From Lama guanicoe (lineage: Eukaryota): DNA of 64,000 nucleotides. Made by a program: the position numbers and the translations under genes. The stretch is taken from assembly GCA_013239625.1 (NCBI GenBank), contig MU053493.1, positions 1,683,793 to 1,747,792 on the forward strand, written 5' to 3'. The notes under the pieces were generated by a model, which was given only the letters and a program-made list of their open reading frames with translations, had not been told where the DNA came from and searched no databases. The stretch's first letter is position 1, and each line of letters begins with the position of its first letter. This document shows positions 12,731 through 24,480 of this stretch, piece by piece.

Positions 12731-13805
12731 ATGACTGGATAAAGAAGATGTGATGTGTATGTATCTAAAATGGAATATTATTCAGCCACAAGAAAGGAGG
12801 AAGTCCTGCCGTTTGTGACAACCTGAATGGGCCCTGAGGGCATTTTGCTAAGTAAGAAAAGTCAAACAGAGAAAGACAAACACTGCGTGATATCACTTAT
12901 ATGTGGAATCTAAAAACGCTGAACTCAGAGAAACACAGGATAGACTGGTGGTTACCTGGGGCTGGGGGAAAGGCTAGGGGGATTGGCGAGATGTTTAAGG
13001 TACAAACCTGCAACCAGAAGATGAGTAAGTTCTGCAGATCTAATGCCCAGCAGAGTGATTACAGGCAACAATACTGTTGTAAACTTCAAAGTTGCTAACA
13101 GAGTAGCTCTTAACTGTGCCCACCACAAAACAGAAATGATAATTATGTGACATGGCATGATAGAAGTGTTAGCTAACACTATGGTGGCCATCATATTTCA
13201 ATATATAAATGTAAAAAATCAACACATTGTACACCTTAAACTTCCACAATGTTGTATGTCAATTCTGTTTCCATGAAAAGAAAACATTTTTTAAAACCCT
13301 GTGCTCACACAAAACTTGCACATGAATGTGGATAGCAGCTCCTTTAACATTTGCCAAAAAAAAAAAAAAAAAAAAAAAAACCAAAACACTAACCCAAGCA
13401 TCCTTTGGCAAATACTGTGGTCCGTGTAGTACTATGTAATACCATGTAATGCTACTCAGCAATTAAAAGGAACAAACAATTAACACATGCATGAAAGTCA
13501 AAGACATTATGCCGAAAGAAGCCAGTGTCAAAAGGTCACCTACTGCATGATTCTACTTATTTGACGTTCTCCAAAATATAAAACTACAGGGACAAAGAAT
13601 TGATCCGTAGTTGCAGGGATGAAGGGTCGGGGAAGGTGTGATTATAAAGGTTTAGCACAAGGGAGTCTTGGGGGATGGAGAGTTATTTTGAATCCTGATT
13701 GTGAGGTTGGTTACAGAAATTTATACATGTGTGACCATAGAACTCTACACACACATACACACACACACACACAAAATAGTCCACTTACTGTATGATAGTT
13801 TTAAA
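12731..13805 (+). mobile_element. Consecutive L1 3'-end fragments (L1MA-like to about 13275, older L1MC/ME-like after)
   Basis: ggataaagaagatgtg...tggaatattattcagcc, tcacttatatgtggaatctaaaa, tacaccttaaacttccacaatgttgtatgtcaatt; then a second 3' end with a poly-A run and (CA)n. Confidence 0.75.
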
Positions 13806-13999
13806 AAGAAAACATGAAATTAGAAACATGACATATTAGGAACATGTCTAAATTTTAGAGGGAATCAACTTTATTTCATGGGAAAGCCAAGCAAATCATG
13901 TTGGACTTAGAACAGTTTTTTGTTCCATGCTGTGCTGGAAAGAAAAATTCATTCTGTGCTGAAAGGAAAGCAGAATTAAAATGTTGAAATTTGGTGGCA

Positions 14000-14093
14000 G
14001 GGAGGGTGTAGTTCAGTGGTAGAGTGCATGCTGAGCATGCACAAGGTCCTGGGTTTAATCCTCAGTACCTCCATGAAAAATTAAAAAAAAAAA
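14000..14093 (+). mobile_element. tRNA-derived SINE (camelid Vic-type)
   Basis: gggagggtgtagttcagtggtagagtgcatgctgagcatgcacaaggtcctgggtttaatcctcagtacctcc followed by an A tail. Confidence 0.85.
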
Positions 14094-15084
14094 TATGTGG
14101 AAAGTTAGGAACGCTCATATCTCACTATGAGCTCTGTCCTAAATGATAGATCTCTTTAACATGTTTTCCTGCCATTCAGTGTGTAAATCGCTATGAGACT
14201 CTTACCAAGTTATTTCCTATCTTTCCCCGTCTGAAATGGAAATCCCTCCTTGAATTTCCATCTATAAGATGTCAAGATTTATGAAACACGGTTTAAGTAA
14301 TTAACAAAGCTAGCATACGAAGTAGTTCCTCGCGTGTCCTTTTTTTTTTCATCATTTCAGACAGAAGTGAACCTAAACTCAATTTTTACTTTCTTCTTTC
14401 ACACATGCTGTAAAAACTCAATGCAACTTCCCTGGATTTGGCATAGCCATCTGAAATGCGCGGTTTCCACACTGTAGCCATTTACGGCGAGCTTGAAATA
14501 GCATCTGATGGTTTTTCTCAACTAAACCACATGGTGAAGAATTGTTTCTTCCCTGGCTTTAACTAAGGGGGTGGCAGGAGGGGCAGGAAATTTAAGGGAC
14601 ACCTAAAGGGTCCTACAAAGAGCTTAGGGGGAGGGGAGGTGAGAGAGGTGTAAGGGAGACTAGAGAATCAGATGAGTTTGGGGGTTCTTTTCTCTGTGTG
14701 AGTGGCAGGCAGTGCTGTGACCTGGATTAGGTAATACAGGGGAAAAAAACAGGCAGAGAATTACACAAGACTTGAGAGGAAAGACACTCATCTATATTTT
14801 CCCAGCTTATTTATTTTTAAAGGTTTGCTTTATCACTAAATGTTGTGTCTGCTGAAGGATCTCAAGTTTGTTATGGAGGCAATGTGGTTTATAACACAAG
14901 AGGAAGCAATCATGCGGGCAGTGGATCTGAAGTCAGCAAGGAGGCATTACATCTAACGGAGAAAACCAAGTTGTACTTGAAGTCATGGAAGATTCATTGC
15001 GAAAAGGTCTTCTCTTGGTCCCTGAAATGCAGGAGGAGAAAGGACCCTAAAAATTTATAGCAGGGTTCCCTATGGTGGGGAAAC

Positions 15085-15335
15085 TTTTTTTTATGAAGTC
15101 TGGTCAGTTTATGATGTTGTGTCAGTTTCTGGTGTGCAGCGTCATGTTTCAGTCATAATACACATTCATAGACTTGTTTTCATATTCCTTTTCATCATAG
15201 GTTATTACAAGATATTGAATATAGCTCCCTGTGCTCCACAGATGAAACTTGTTGTTTATCTATTTTATGCATACTAGTTAATGTCTGCAAATCTCGAGCC
15301 CCCAATTTATCCCTTCCCACCTCCCTTCCCACTGG
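15085..15335 (-). mobile_element. Short LINE-1 3' end
   Basis: Poly-T followed by ataggttattacaagatattgaatatagctccctgtgct, as in the other copies. Confidence 0.75.
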
Positions 15336-16197
15336 CGGAGAAGCTCTTAAGGAAGTCAGGGCTCCCCCTACATGGTGAATTTGGTGAAATTTGGTACTCC
15401 TGGTGGCAAAGTTTCAGGAAGTCAGACCCTTCCTGCTCAAATAATGTGGTTTCCTAAGAGGGCATAAAAATAGTCCTTGCCCCAGGAAAGAGTTGAGAAT
15501 AGAAGCCAAGGACCCTCCCACACGTCAGAGCAGAGCTGTCAGTGTGGCCAGTGGAAGTCCAACATTAGCACATGCAGTCATCGGGGAACAGAGGGCAAGG
15601 AGCTGCAGGGGCAGTGGGGAGTAAGGCAAGTGCGGGAGATGCAGTCAGGTGGGGAGTAGAAACTGTGCACAAGGAGGGGTGGCAGAGGTTGGGGAAGTGG
15701 ACAAGAGGGAAGCCAGAACAGGTGAGGGAATTTAGAAGTATCTATGGACTGGGGAGTAAAGCCATCCTAGAAACAGACTCAAAACAAGCTGGGTGACCAG
15801 AAAGACTGCCTATACATTCCCACCCAAAGATGGTAAGTGGGAGAAAATAAAAGTTTAACAAAAAGTCAGACCAAGCTGTTCGCCTTTACATACAGCTGAA
15901 CTTGCCGGGACAGACCACCTCACTGCTGGTTTCCAGGGACCCAGAGGCTCCTGACTGGGAGCCGGGATCCCCTCTGCCAGCCACCCAGGGGACAAGTTCA
16001 ACTTTTAGAAAGGAGTCCCAGGTCCTGGGCATCACTTTCTGCCTTTCAGGGTTAAATTTCACAAACCGATGGAAAGAAATCGTACTGTGGATAATCTTGA
16101 AATATAAAACATAGTCTATGCTAGCAGATTTCAGACAACATTATAGTTTCAGAGGCTGTTTCCTGATCTTCTAGGAGGTTAAGGAAAAAAGAATCTA

Positions 16198-16284
16198 GGG
16201 GTGGGTAAAGCTTAGTGGTAGAACACATGCTTACCAAGCACGAGGTCCTGGGTTCAATCCTCAGTACCTCCATTAAAAAAAAAA
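16198..16284 (+). mobile_element. tRNA-derived SINE (camelid Vic-type)
   Basis: tRNA-like head with A/B boxes, A tail, and flanking aaaaaagaatcta / aaaaaagatcta. Confidence 0.85.
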
Positions 16285-16619
16285 GATCTAATAGCAGGAA
16301 TTTATAATCTGCCATGGTCTTTCTTTCTTACAGCCCCATTAAGGAAAGACTAATTATTACATATTATTAATTACTGTAATTATTAAGCCATTTAAAGTTA
16401 CCAGTATTCTTCAGACAATTAGATGGCCTCTTGTCCCTGAAGTAAACCATCTGATAATCTGAACTTAATTATTAAGTCATCTTCTGAAGCCCTAAACTCC
16501 AAGTAAGGCTCTTAATTAATTTATTTTGTCCTCATAACCATTCATTGCCACCAGCTGTCGTGAAAACTCAAAAATCTTAAGTGTTGGTGTCTTCCATTGT
16601 TATCAGAAGCAGTGTGAAG

Positions 16620-16830
16620 GACCAGCTGAGAGACCAAAGCTGGAGTCACACTGGGTGCCTTCAGATCCCAGCGCCACTGTGTGTCCTTAGGCAAATTACT
16701 TGCACACTCTAGGACTTGATTTCCTCATCTGTAAAATGGGGACGATAAAACAGTGCCTACTTCATAGGGCTGTTTTGAGGGTTAAACGAGCCCGGAATAG
16801 TACCTCTATGAGTACTTATTGATGAATACA
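16620..16830 (+). mobile_element. MIR SINE
   Basis: MIR core ccttaggcaaattactt...tttcctcatctgtaaaatgggga...cctacttcatagggctgttttgagggttaaa. Confidence 0.8.
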
Positions 16831-17076
16831 CAAGACACTTCGAGCAATGAACAGTAAATAGCACCGTCTGTGTTAATTGTATTTCTATCATTTTCTCACG
16901 CTCCTCCCAGTAATTTTTAGTAGTTCTGTTAGGAGTGTGTGAAGTTTAAAATTATGCCCAATGAGCTCCATGGGTCCCCAAAGACTGAAGAAAATCACAT
17001 AACAAAAATAACATTTTTTGGCTTTTAGTATCTAGTTAATCTCGGTTTAACAACCCTATCCCTTTGTATTCACCAG

Positions 17077-18349
17077 AGTTGAGAATATGTCAATGAGGTT
17101 GGAAGAAATCAACGAAAGAGAAAATTTCATGAAAACTTCCCTACAGACGGTCGACCTTCGGCTCTCTCAGCTAGAAGAACTATCTAACAGAATGGTGAAT
17201 GCCCTGGAAAACCTCGCGGGAATTGACAAGGCCGACCTGATACAGACCCGGTCCCGAGCTTCTTCTGAATGTGATGCGATGCACCTGCTCCGGCAGAGCA
17301 GCATCAACAGCGCCGACGGCTACAGCATGTACAGATACCATTTCAACGGGGAGGAGCTGTTGTACGAGGATACTTCTCTGTCCATGCCACCAGGGACAGG
17401 GTTCAGGAAAAAAGCCGGTTCCTTCCGCATGAAAGGAGAGAAGGACCAAAGGACACACCTGGTACCCGAGCGTCAGGGCAGCCTGCACCTGTCACCCAGC
17501 ACAAGCACGCCAGCAACCCCAGAACGCGGTCGGCTCGCATTAGACAATGCCAAGAGCACTTCAGAGCCAAAATTAGGTCCCGATATTGGGATTTCAGCTG
17601 AAGATGATGAAAGGCAGGCTGACTCCAAAAGAGAAGAAACTATTTTCCCAAGTTCAGATCAAACAGATGTGATGCATGGACAGAACAAGACAGATTTGCA
17701 AAGCACTCGGCTAACAGTGGAAACAGCAAAGATCGAAGGCACCACTTCCCATCCCCTGGAAGAAACAAAGATGGCATGCAGTTACCCGGAGGAAACATTC
17801 AGGGCCTGTCAAACGGTGAAGTCCAGAAGCTTTATATATTCCCGTGGAAGAAAGCTGGTCAGCGGGGTTAACAATTGGAGTACAGAGTACAGTGCAGTCG
17901 TGGACCAAACATGCCCCTCCACAGTCCAGCAATGGACCACAGAATGGAAATACGAAGTTCAAAAGATTACACGTTCTCGAAGCACAGACATCCCTTACTT
18001 TGGGTCAGAAGCAGCAGTGGAGGCTGAGCACAGAGGGCATTTCATGGATCCCGAAGATGAAAACTGTGTTTCCAAAACAGCCCCTCCGACCACCCGTCTG
18101 TCTCTAGCTGTTACGGATAGAACTGACCAGGAAAACTTACTGTCTGTGAAAACTGACCAAACTTTGGGATTCCCATATTTAAGGTCAAAAAGTTTACATG
18201 GCCATCCTAAGAAAGCGAAAGCCATTCGGGGAGACTTAGACAGATCTGGACACGCAAGCAGTGTTGGTAACTTAGTGGTTGTACCTGGAATTACGACAGA
18301 AAAACAGCAGGTTAAGCGAGAGAAGACATCCACAGAAACCGAGTGCTAA
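17077..18349 (+). CDS. TRPM1: TRPM1 terminal coding exon ((R)[15 protein letters not shown]...EKTSTETEC*)
   Basis: Acceptor ...tttgtattcaccag at 17076. The 420-aa open frame carries the TRPM1-specific C-terminus ending TETEC; stop TAA at 18347-18349. Confidence 0.97.
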
Positions 18350-18437
18350 TGTGTTTTGTTTTTTTGATTTTTCAGTCAGAGTCACTATTGAGTACCATTT
18401 TGGTCATCTAAACATCATTAACTTCTAATAGTCTTTC

Positions 18438-18533
18438 CCTTTTTTCTTTTTTTTAATGGAGGTACTGGGGATTGAACCCAGGACCTCATGAATGCTAAGC
18501 ACGCCCTCTGCCACTGAGCTATTACTCTCCCCC
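18438..18533 (-). mobile_element. tRNA-derived SINE in the TRPM1 3' UTR (antisense)
   Basis: Poly-T + ggaggtactggggattgaacccaggacctc...ccactgagct...ctcccc; ctaaacatcat occurs at 18408-18418 and 18533-18543. Confidence 0.85.
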
Positions 18534-19060
18534 TAAACATCATCAGAAAACGGTTTCATTACAAATGTTTGGCAATTTGGACTTATTAATTTAAGATTTA
18601 ATGCACTAAACTTAAAGTCATGTTTTGTTAGCATGTGTTAGTAAACTTAGTTGTTCTAGTTGGAGTAGGACCAACGAGAGTGATAATACTCCAGTCATGA
18701 TAAACTGCTTAATCACTATACAAGATCCTACAATCTATTTCTGGGGGCAACCAAGTAGCCTAAGAAATGCCTTTGGGTGCCACCAATAGGTTACTTAAGG
18801 GAGTCAGCAACTATGTAAGAAAGGGGAAATAAAGAGAAAGCAAACATGAAAAAAAAAGGAGAAGTGAGAGAGAAAAACAATAAAATAATGAGAATTGGAA
18901 AGAAGCCATAAACATCATGTGTTTTTTATGGGGTTTTGTTTGTTTTATGTTTTAATGTTTAATGTTTGAAAATTACATGATGAAAAAAAAAAGTACATGA
19001 TTACATCAAAGTTCACATTGTAACAGCGTAGGGTGACCAAGAGTTTTGTTGATGTGTAAA

Positions 19061-19066
19061 AATAAA
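19061..19066 (+). terminator. Candidate TRPM1 polyadenylation signal AATAAA (alternatives near 18828 and 18879)
   Basis: AATAAA followed by a GT/T-rich stretch, about 700 nt after the stop codon. Which site is used cannot be determined from sequence. Confidence 0.4.
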
Positions 19067-19117
19067 GTATCCAATATGAATCTTCCTGTTGTCATGGAGT
19101 CCTTGATGGCAAACACA

Positions 19118-19585
19118 ATTTTTTTTAACTTGAAGTACCATCAGTTACAATGTGTCAATTTCTGGTGTACAGCACAATGTCCCCGTCATGCATATACCTA
19201 CATATATTCCTTTTCATATTCTTTTTTTATTAAAGGTTATTACAAGATGTTGAACATAGTTCCCTGTGCTATACAGCAGAAATGTTTTTTAAGTCTATTT
19301 TTATATATAGTGGCTAACATTCGTAAATCTCAAAGTCCCAGATTTGTCTCTTCTCACCCTCTTTCCCCTGTAACCATAAGATTGTTTACTATGTCTGCAA
19401 GTCTGTTTCTGTTTTGTAGAAGAGTTCATTAGTGTCCTTTTTTTCTTTTCTTTTCTTTTTTTCTCAGATTCCACATATGAGTGATATCATATGGTATTTT
19501 TCTTTCTCTTTCTGGCTTACTTCACTGAGTTTGATAATCTCTAGGTCCATTCATATTGCTGCAAATGGCACTATTTTATTCTGTT
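19118..19585 (-). mobile_element. LINE-1 3' end fragment
   Basis: Same family motifs as 302-995. Confidence 0.8.
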
Positions 19586-19654
19586 TTACAAACGAAGGTA
19601 CATTGGGGCCTGTTTTTTTCCAACAATATTTTAATTGCCTGGACTCTGCCTTTT

Positions 19655-20233
19655 ATTTTATTTTTTTCTTTTTAATTGAAGTATAGTTGAATCACAATGT
19701 CATGTAAGTTTCAGGTGTACAGCATAGTGATTCAGTTTTACACATACATATATTTTTGCATTATAGATTATTACAAGATATTGAATGTTGTTCCCTGTGC
19801 TATACAGTAGGACCTTGCTGTTCATCTATTTTATATATAGTAGTGTGTATCTGCAAATCCCAAACTCCCAATTTATCTCTCTTCCCTTTCCCCTTCGGTA
19901 ACCATAAGTTTGTTTTCTATGTCTGTGAGCCTGTTTCTGTTTTGTAAATAAGTTCATTTGTATCATTTTTTTTAGATTCCACATATAAGTGACATATGAT
20001 ATTTGTCTTTCTCTGACTTAACTTCACTTAGTATGATAATCTCTAGGTCCATGTTGCTGCAAATGGCATTATTTCATTCTTTTTTATGGCTGAGTAGTAT
20101 TCCATTGAACATATACACCACATTTTCTTTAGCCAGTCACCCGTCGATGGACATTTAGGTTGTTTCCATGTCTTGGCTATTGTAAATAGTGCTACTGTGA
20201 ACACTGGGGTTCAAGTATCTTTTCAAATTAGAG
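19655..20233 (-). mobile_element. LINE-1 3' end fragment
   Basis: Poly-T, ttgaagtatagttga...tacagcatagtgattcag...gatggacatttaggttgtttccatgtcttggctattgtaaatagtgct. Confidence 0.85.
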
Positions 20234-21129
20234 TAAGGACATGTCTTTCTTAATGTGCTTTTATTGTCCATAGGAGTGCTATTCAGTTCTTCTCTTTTTC
20301 ATTATAATAGTTTTCTGTGGGATTTGGCTTCCATAATTTCCTTTGATTATACGTATGTCAAACGGGTTTTCTCAAACTCTTTGAAGGAGGCAGTTGTTGG
20401 GATAGCTTTTCCAACTTCGCAGAGAACCTTTTTTATTTTGAGTCCAGCATTAAAATTTTTTTGATTCAGTTTACTTTCGGAGATTTCCTGGTCCTCCATT
20501 TTTATCTGGACCCTCCCTTCCCTTTGTCTCTACTTGGCTCAATTTCATTTCCATGCCCAGCACTTTGTCCTCAGTGTGGGTCCCTTTCCTTGAAGGGAGA
20601 CCAGGTGGATCTGTTTCAAGAGTTCCTGTAGCAATGCTGTTCCAGACGCTCAGACCATACCTTGAGCCTCGTGCTCTGGGAGATGGCAAACATCACTTCC
20701 TATCTCACTCGCTCTTCTCAACTTGACTGGCTGAACCAGTAAATACCTTTTGGCAATTCTAGGGTTCTCCAGATGCCTCATTGATTCCCTTTGCTGATAT
20801 TACGAAGGGCTTGTAACTGCTGTAGGTTTGCTCCTCCTTGTCTATATTCTGGAAATCATGGGAAGACCATTTCACTTAGATTTGTCATTGATATTGTCCG
20901 TGGGTTTTTTGGTTTTGCTTTACAGTCCCTTTGTCTGCTTTCCCATGGAGACTGAACAATTACGCTGCTGCTGTCATCTTCCCAGAATCCCCCCTCAAGA
21001 AACAGATTTTTTTATTAATGACTTAATAGTCATCTTAAAGGATGATATACCCAGGCAATGGCACCGTCTTGCAGACATTCCACATAACCATTATACGTCC
21101 CCTCTCCCACTGCCATCACCATCACCTCC

Positions 21130-21685
21130 TTTTACCTGGACTGTTCTAACAGCTCCCACCTAGTCCCACGGCTTCTACCATGCTGCACTTCTACAGCAGG
21201 GTAAGTGAACATTTTAAATGCCAGTCACATCACATCACTCTCAGCTCAAAATGTTACAAAAACTTCTTAACTGTCAGGCCCCGTGTGACCTGGCTTGTTC
21301 CTTTTCTCTGACCCCTTCTCCCACTGGATTGGGCTGTTTTAAACACGCCAGGTAGGCTCTCACCTCAGGGCATTTGCACTGCTAGCCTCTCTTCCTTCTG
21401 GTTTCCACCTGGCTAACTCCCTCATGCCCGTTCATCTCTGCTCATAAGTCATCTTATCAGAAAGGCCTTCCATGACCACACTCCCTCTCCCATCGAAAAA
21501 AAACCACTCACCCTCCTCCCATGTTTTATTTTTCTTCATGGCACTCTTTATATATTATTTTTTTGGTATCTTTCCACCTATAGTAAAAGAGTCATGAAAG
21601 TAGAAACTTCATCTTCTTAGTGACCCAAGTGGTTTTTAACATAGATTTAGCACTCAGAACAAATTTGGTAACGGACTGAATGACT
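21130..21685 (+). mobile_element. LINE-2 relic
   Basis: L2-like motifs (cacatcactctcagctcaaaa, cacctcagggcatttgcactg, cttatcagaaaggccttcc). Confidence 0.55.
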
Positions 21686-21899
21686 ATACAAATTACCAAG
21701 CACCTAATAGGTATTCAAGAGACATTAGTTCTTTTTTTCTTTTCACCGGGAAAAGGAAATGATCTGTAGGGAATGCCAATATCCCCCATGATGGAAGAAC
21801 CAATCACAGAAACAGAGTCAGAAAAACAACAGGGGGACAAAATAGTGACATCAGGGCCAAAGAAAGAAGATCAGGATGGGGAAGAAGTTATAAGACTAG

Positions 21900-22259
21900 T
21901 TCTAGGAGCTGTACTGTGTTCTCCCCAAATTCATACATTGAAGCCCTGACTTCCAATGTGACTGTATTTGGAGACAGGGCTTTTAGGAGGTAATTAAGGT
22001 TAAATGAGATCACAAAGGGGGGTTAATGCCCCTATAAAAAGAGACACCTGAGTGAGATCCAACACCCTCCCCTCAACCCTATCCCCAATCTCCCAGCTCT
22101 CTCCACTGTCCAAGCCAGGCAGAGAGCTCTCACCAGAATTCTAGCCTGCCTATACTTTGATCTTGGACTTCCCAGCCTCCAGAACTCTGAGAAATCAATT
22201 CGTGTTAAGCCACCCAGTTTGTGATCTTTTTCTTATGGCAACTCAAGTAGACTAATACA
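21900..22259 (+). mobile_element. MaLR LTR (MLT1-like)
   Basis: ccccaaattcatacattgaagccct...gtatttggagacaggg...tcttggacttcccagcctccagaact...aagccacccagtttgtg...gactaataca. Confidence 0.85.
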
Positions 22260-22459
22260 ATTAGCCATCTGCAAATGTCATAAAATTTAGGGTGGGTCCT
22301 AACAAGTCTGGGAATCAGAGTTTTTCCATTTTTCAATTTTTTTGTCATGTATTAGAGTCATAGAAAACCTGTACGGCAAAGACTAAATCATAGTAAGTCA
22401 TTTCTGTATTGAGAAAGATCCACATATTCCTTGAAGAGTTATTTATGGAAAAAATTCAT

Positions 22460-22852
22460 TTTTTCCAGTGTTATTGAGATATAATTGACATACATCACTG
22501 TATAAGCTTAAGGTATACAGCATAATGATTTGACGTGCATATATCGTGGAATGATTACCTCAGTAAGTTGGCATCGGCATCTCATACAGATACAATAAAA
22601 GGAGAAAGAAAAAATTTTTCTTCCTAGTGATGCGAACTCTCGGGATTTACTCTCTTAACAACTTTCCTATAAATCACACAGCAGTGTTAACTATAGGCAT
22701 CACGCTGTACATTACATCCTTAGTGCTAATTTATCTTGTAACCAGAAATGTGTACCTTTTGGCCACCTTTCTCCAGTTCTCCCTCTTCCCACCCTCTGCT
22801 TCTGGTAAACAAATCTGATCTCTTTTTTCTATGCGTTTAGTTTTTTTTTTTT
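22460..22852 (-). mobile_element. L1MA-like 3' end
   Basis: ttattgagatataattgacatac...gtgatgcgaactctcgggatttactctctt...tgtacattacatcc. Confidence 0.75.
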
Positions 22853-23965
22853 TAATCCATTTAATGTAGAGAAATCAGGGACATGTGATTTAAATGTATG
22901 TGCACAACAGTCTCTTTGATCCCTGTAACTCAATGGACTTAACATTTTAAAATACAATGTGCCTGCAGAGCAAAATGGAGTATGTTACTCAAACAAGTTA
23001 ATCAGAAAGATTAGTGGGGTTCTGGATCCAGAATAAATTATTTTCAAAAAAAAATAATTTATTTTGAACCTTTGTTTAAATTTGTAGTGTTTCCACTAGC
23101 AAGACTTGTCAGTATGACTGTGATTTCTATGGCCACATTGGAGCTTCCTTGTGATAGTAATCATAAAATGCTGGATTAGGGATTTATCCCTCAAAGCACA
23201 AGAAAAGTCTAGTCTCAACGAAAAGATTTACCAAAATACTTCCACCAAAGGCTGCTCCAGTTCAGAAATATGGTAGAGTTCAGAAATGCCCTACGCTTGA
23301 TAGGCTGAAATTCGTCTGTTCTTTGCAATTAATGGGTAGATTATTCGGTTCGTAGCCTACTGAAGCCCTCCACACCGCCAAGGTCTTACTATTGCCGGGC
23401 TTTTGATCATTTATCTGCTCACTAGAATCTTTACATGTGAGGATAAGCAAGAAAAGAAAGGCAAGTCGCTTAAAATCTTTTTCCACATTAAAGTTTAATA
23501 AAGAGGGTAGAAGTTAGACTAAACTGGGGAGTCCGGGTTGCCTGCCAGTGTCCTCTGTCCGTAGCCCCACAGCCCACGCCGGCTTCAGCACCCCATGGAA
23601 ATCCGCAGTCGGCCCCGCTGGTGGGGGCTCCCAGTCTCGGAGGTTTCCGCGGAGATCACCACGGGGTGATGGAGGACCCAGTGTGGGACCTTAAGGGGCT
23701 TGATCGGATCACTGCCGGCTGCACCGGGACACTCCCGGTGCCTGTCCCTAACATGTGAGCGTAGGCAGTATGACTTGCCGAGTCCGGGGCTCCGGAGTCC
23801 CCTTCCCCCGCGCAGGGATCCTCCCAACCACTGGGAATAACAATGATCGCGCAAGCCGGGTCACTAGAGAGCAGCAGTACAGGAAGCTGCCCGGGAGGAG
23901 CGGGATCGCGGGGCAGTCGGTACGGAGGGCGGCCTCCCGCTGCCTCCGGGACCCACCGCTGGCAA

Positions 23966-24007
23966 CCGTGACCCCCGCGGGCCGCCGTGACCCCCGCGGG
24001 CCGCCGT
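23966..24007. repeat. 19-bp tandem repeat (ccgtgacccccgcgggccg) x2.2
   Basis: Exact copies at 23966-23984 and 23985-24003 plus a partial third. Confidence 0.9.
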
Positions 24008-24420
24008 AGGAGCGTCCTCGCCCCGCCTGGGCCGTGCTTTCAAGATGGCTACCAGGCCCCACCCCACCCCCGCGCCCTCGCTGAGGGCCAAGCAGCGGCG
24101 CACGGCGCGAACCTCGCGTTCCGGCGCCTGCGCGGCCTAAAGGCCGGGAGCGGCCGGCCTCCGGCCCAGTGAGCGCCGTCTCCCGGGGCGGGGCCGGACG
24201 CCGGGCCCCTTCCGGGGATGGGCCCCGGCTCCTCCCCGCTCGGGCGGGCGCTCCGCCGCGTCCCCGCCCGTCAGCCCGCCCGGCCCGGCTGGCTGCAGAC
24301 CGAGCTGGGCGGCCGCGCGGGGAGCTCTCGACCCTCGGGCGTCGGGAGGCGTCAGCGCTGCCGCTGGCCCGCGGCAGGTCCCGGGCCGCGACCGGGCCGG
24401 GCCGAGCAGGCGGCGGCACC

Positions 24421-24480
24421 ATGTTCTCACTCAAGCCGCCCAGACCCACCTTCAGGTCCTACCTCCTGCCGCCGCCCCAG
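24421..24480 (+). CDS. MTMR10: MTMR10 coding exon 1 (MFSLKPPRPTFRSYLLPPPQ)
   Basis: Kozak ATG, recognisable MTMR10 N-terminus, donor gtaaac at 24481. Confidence 0.95.

Noticed and set aside
14000..14075. tRNA gene calls for the tRNA-like heads (also 6900, 16198, 18460, 61201)
   Set aside because: They are diverged from one another, carry poly-A tails and TSDs, and so are SINEs rather than functional tRNAs.
17180..18333. Antisense and alternate-frame ORFs over the TRPM1 terminal exon
   Set aside because: Shadow ORFs of the true coding frame with no independent support.
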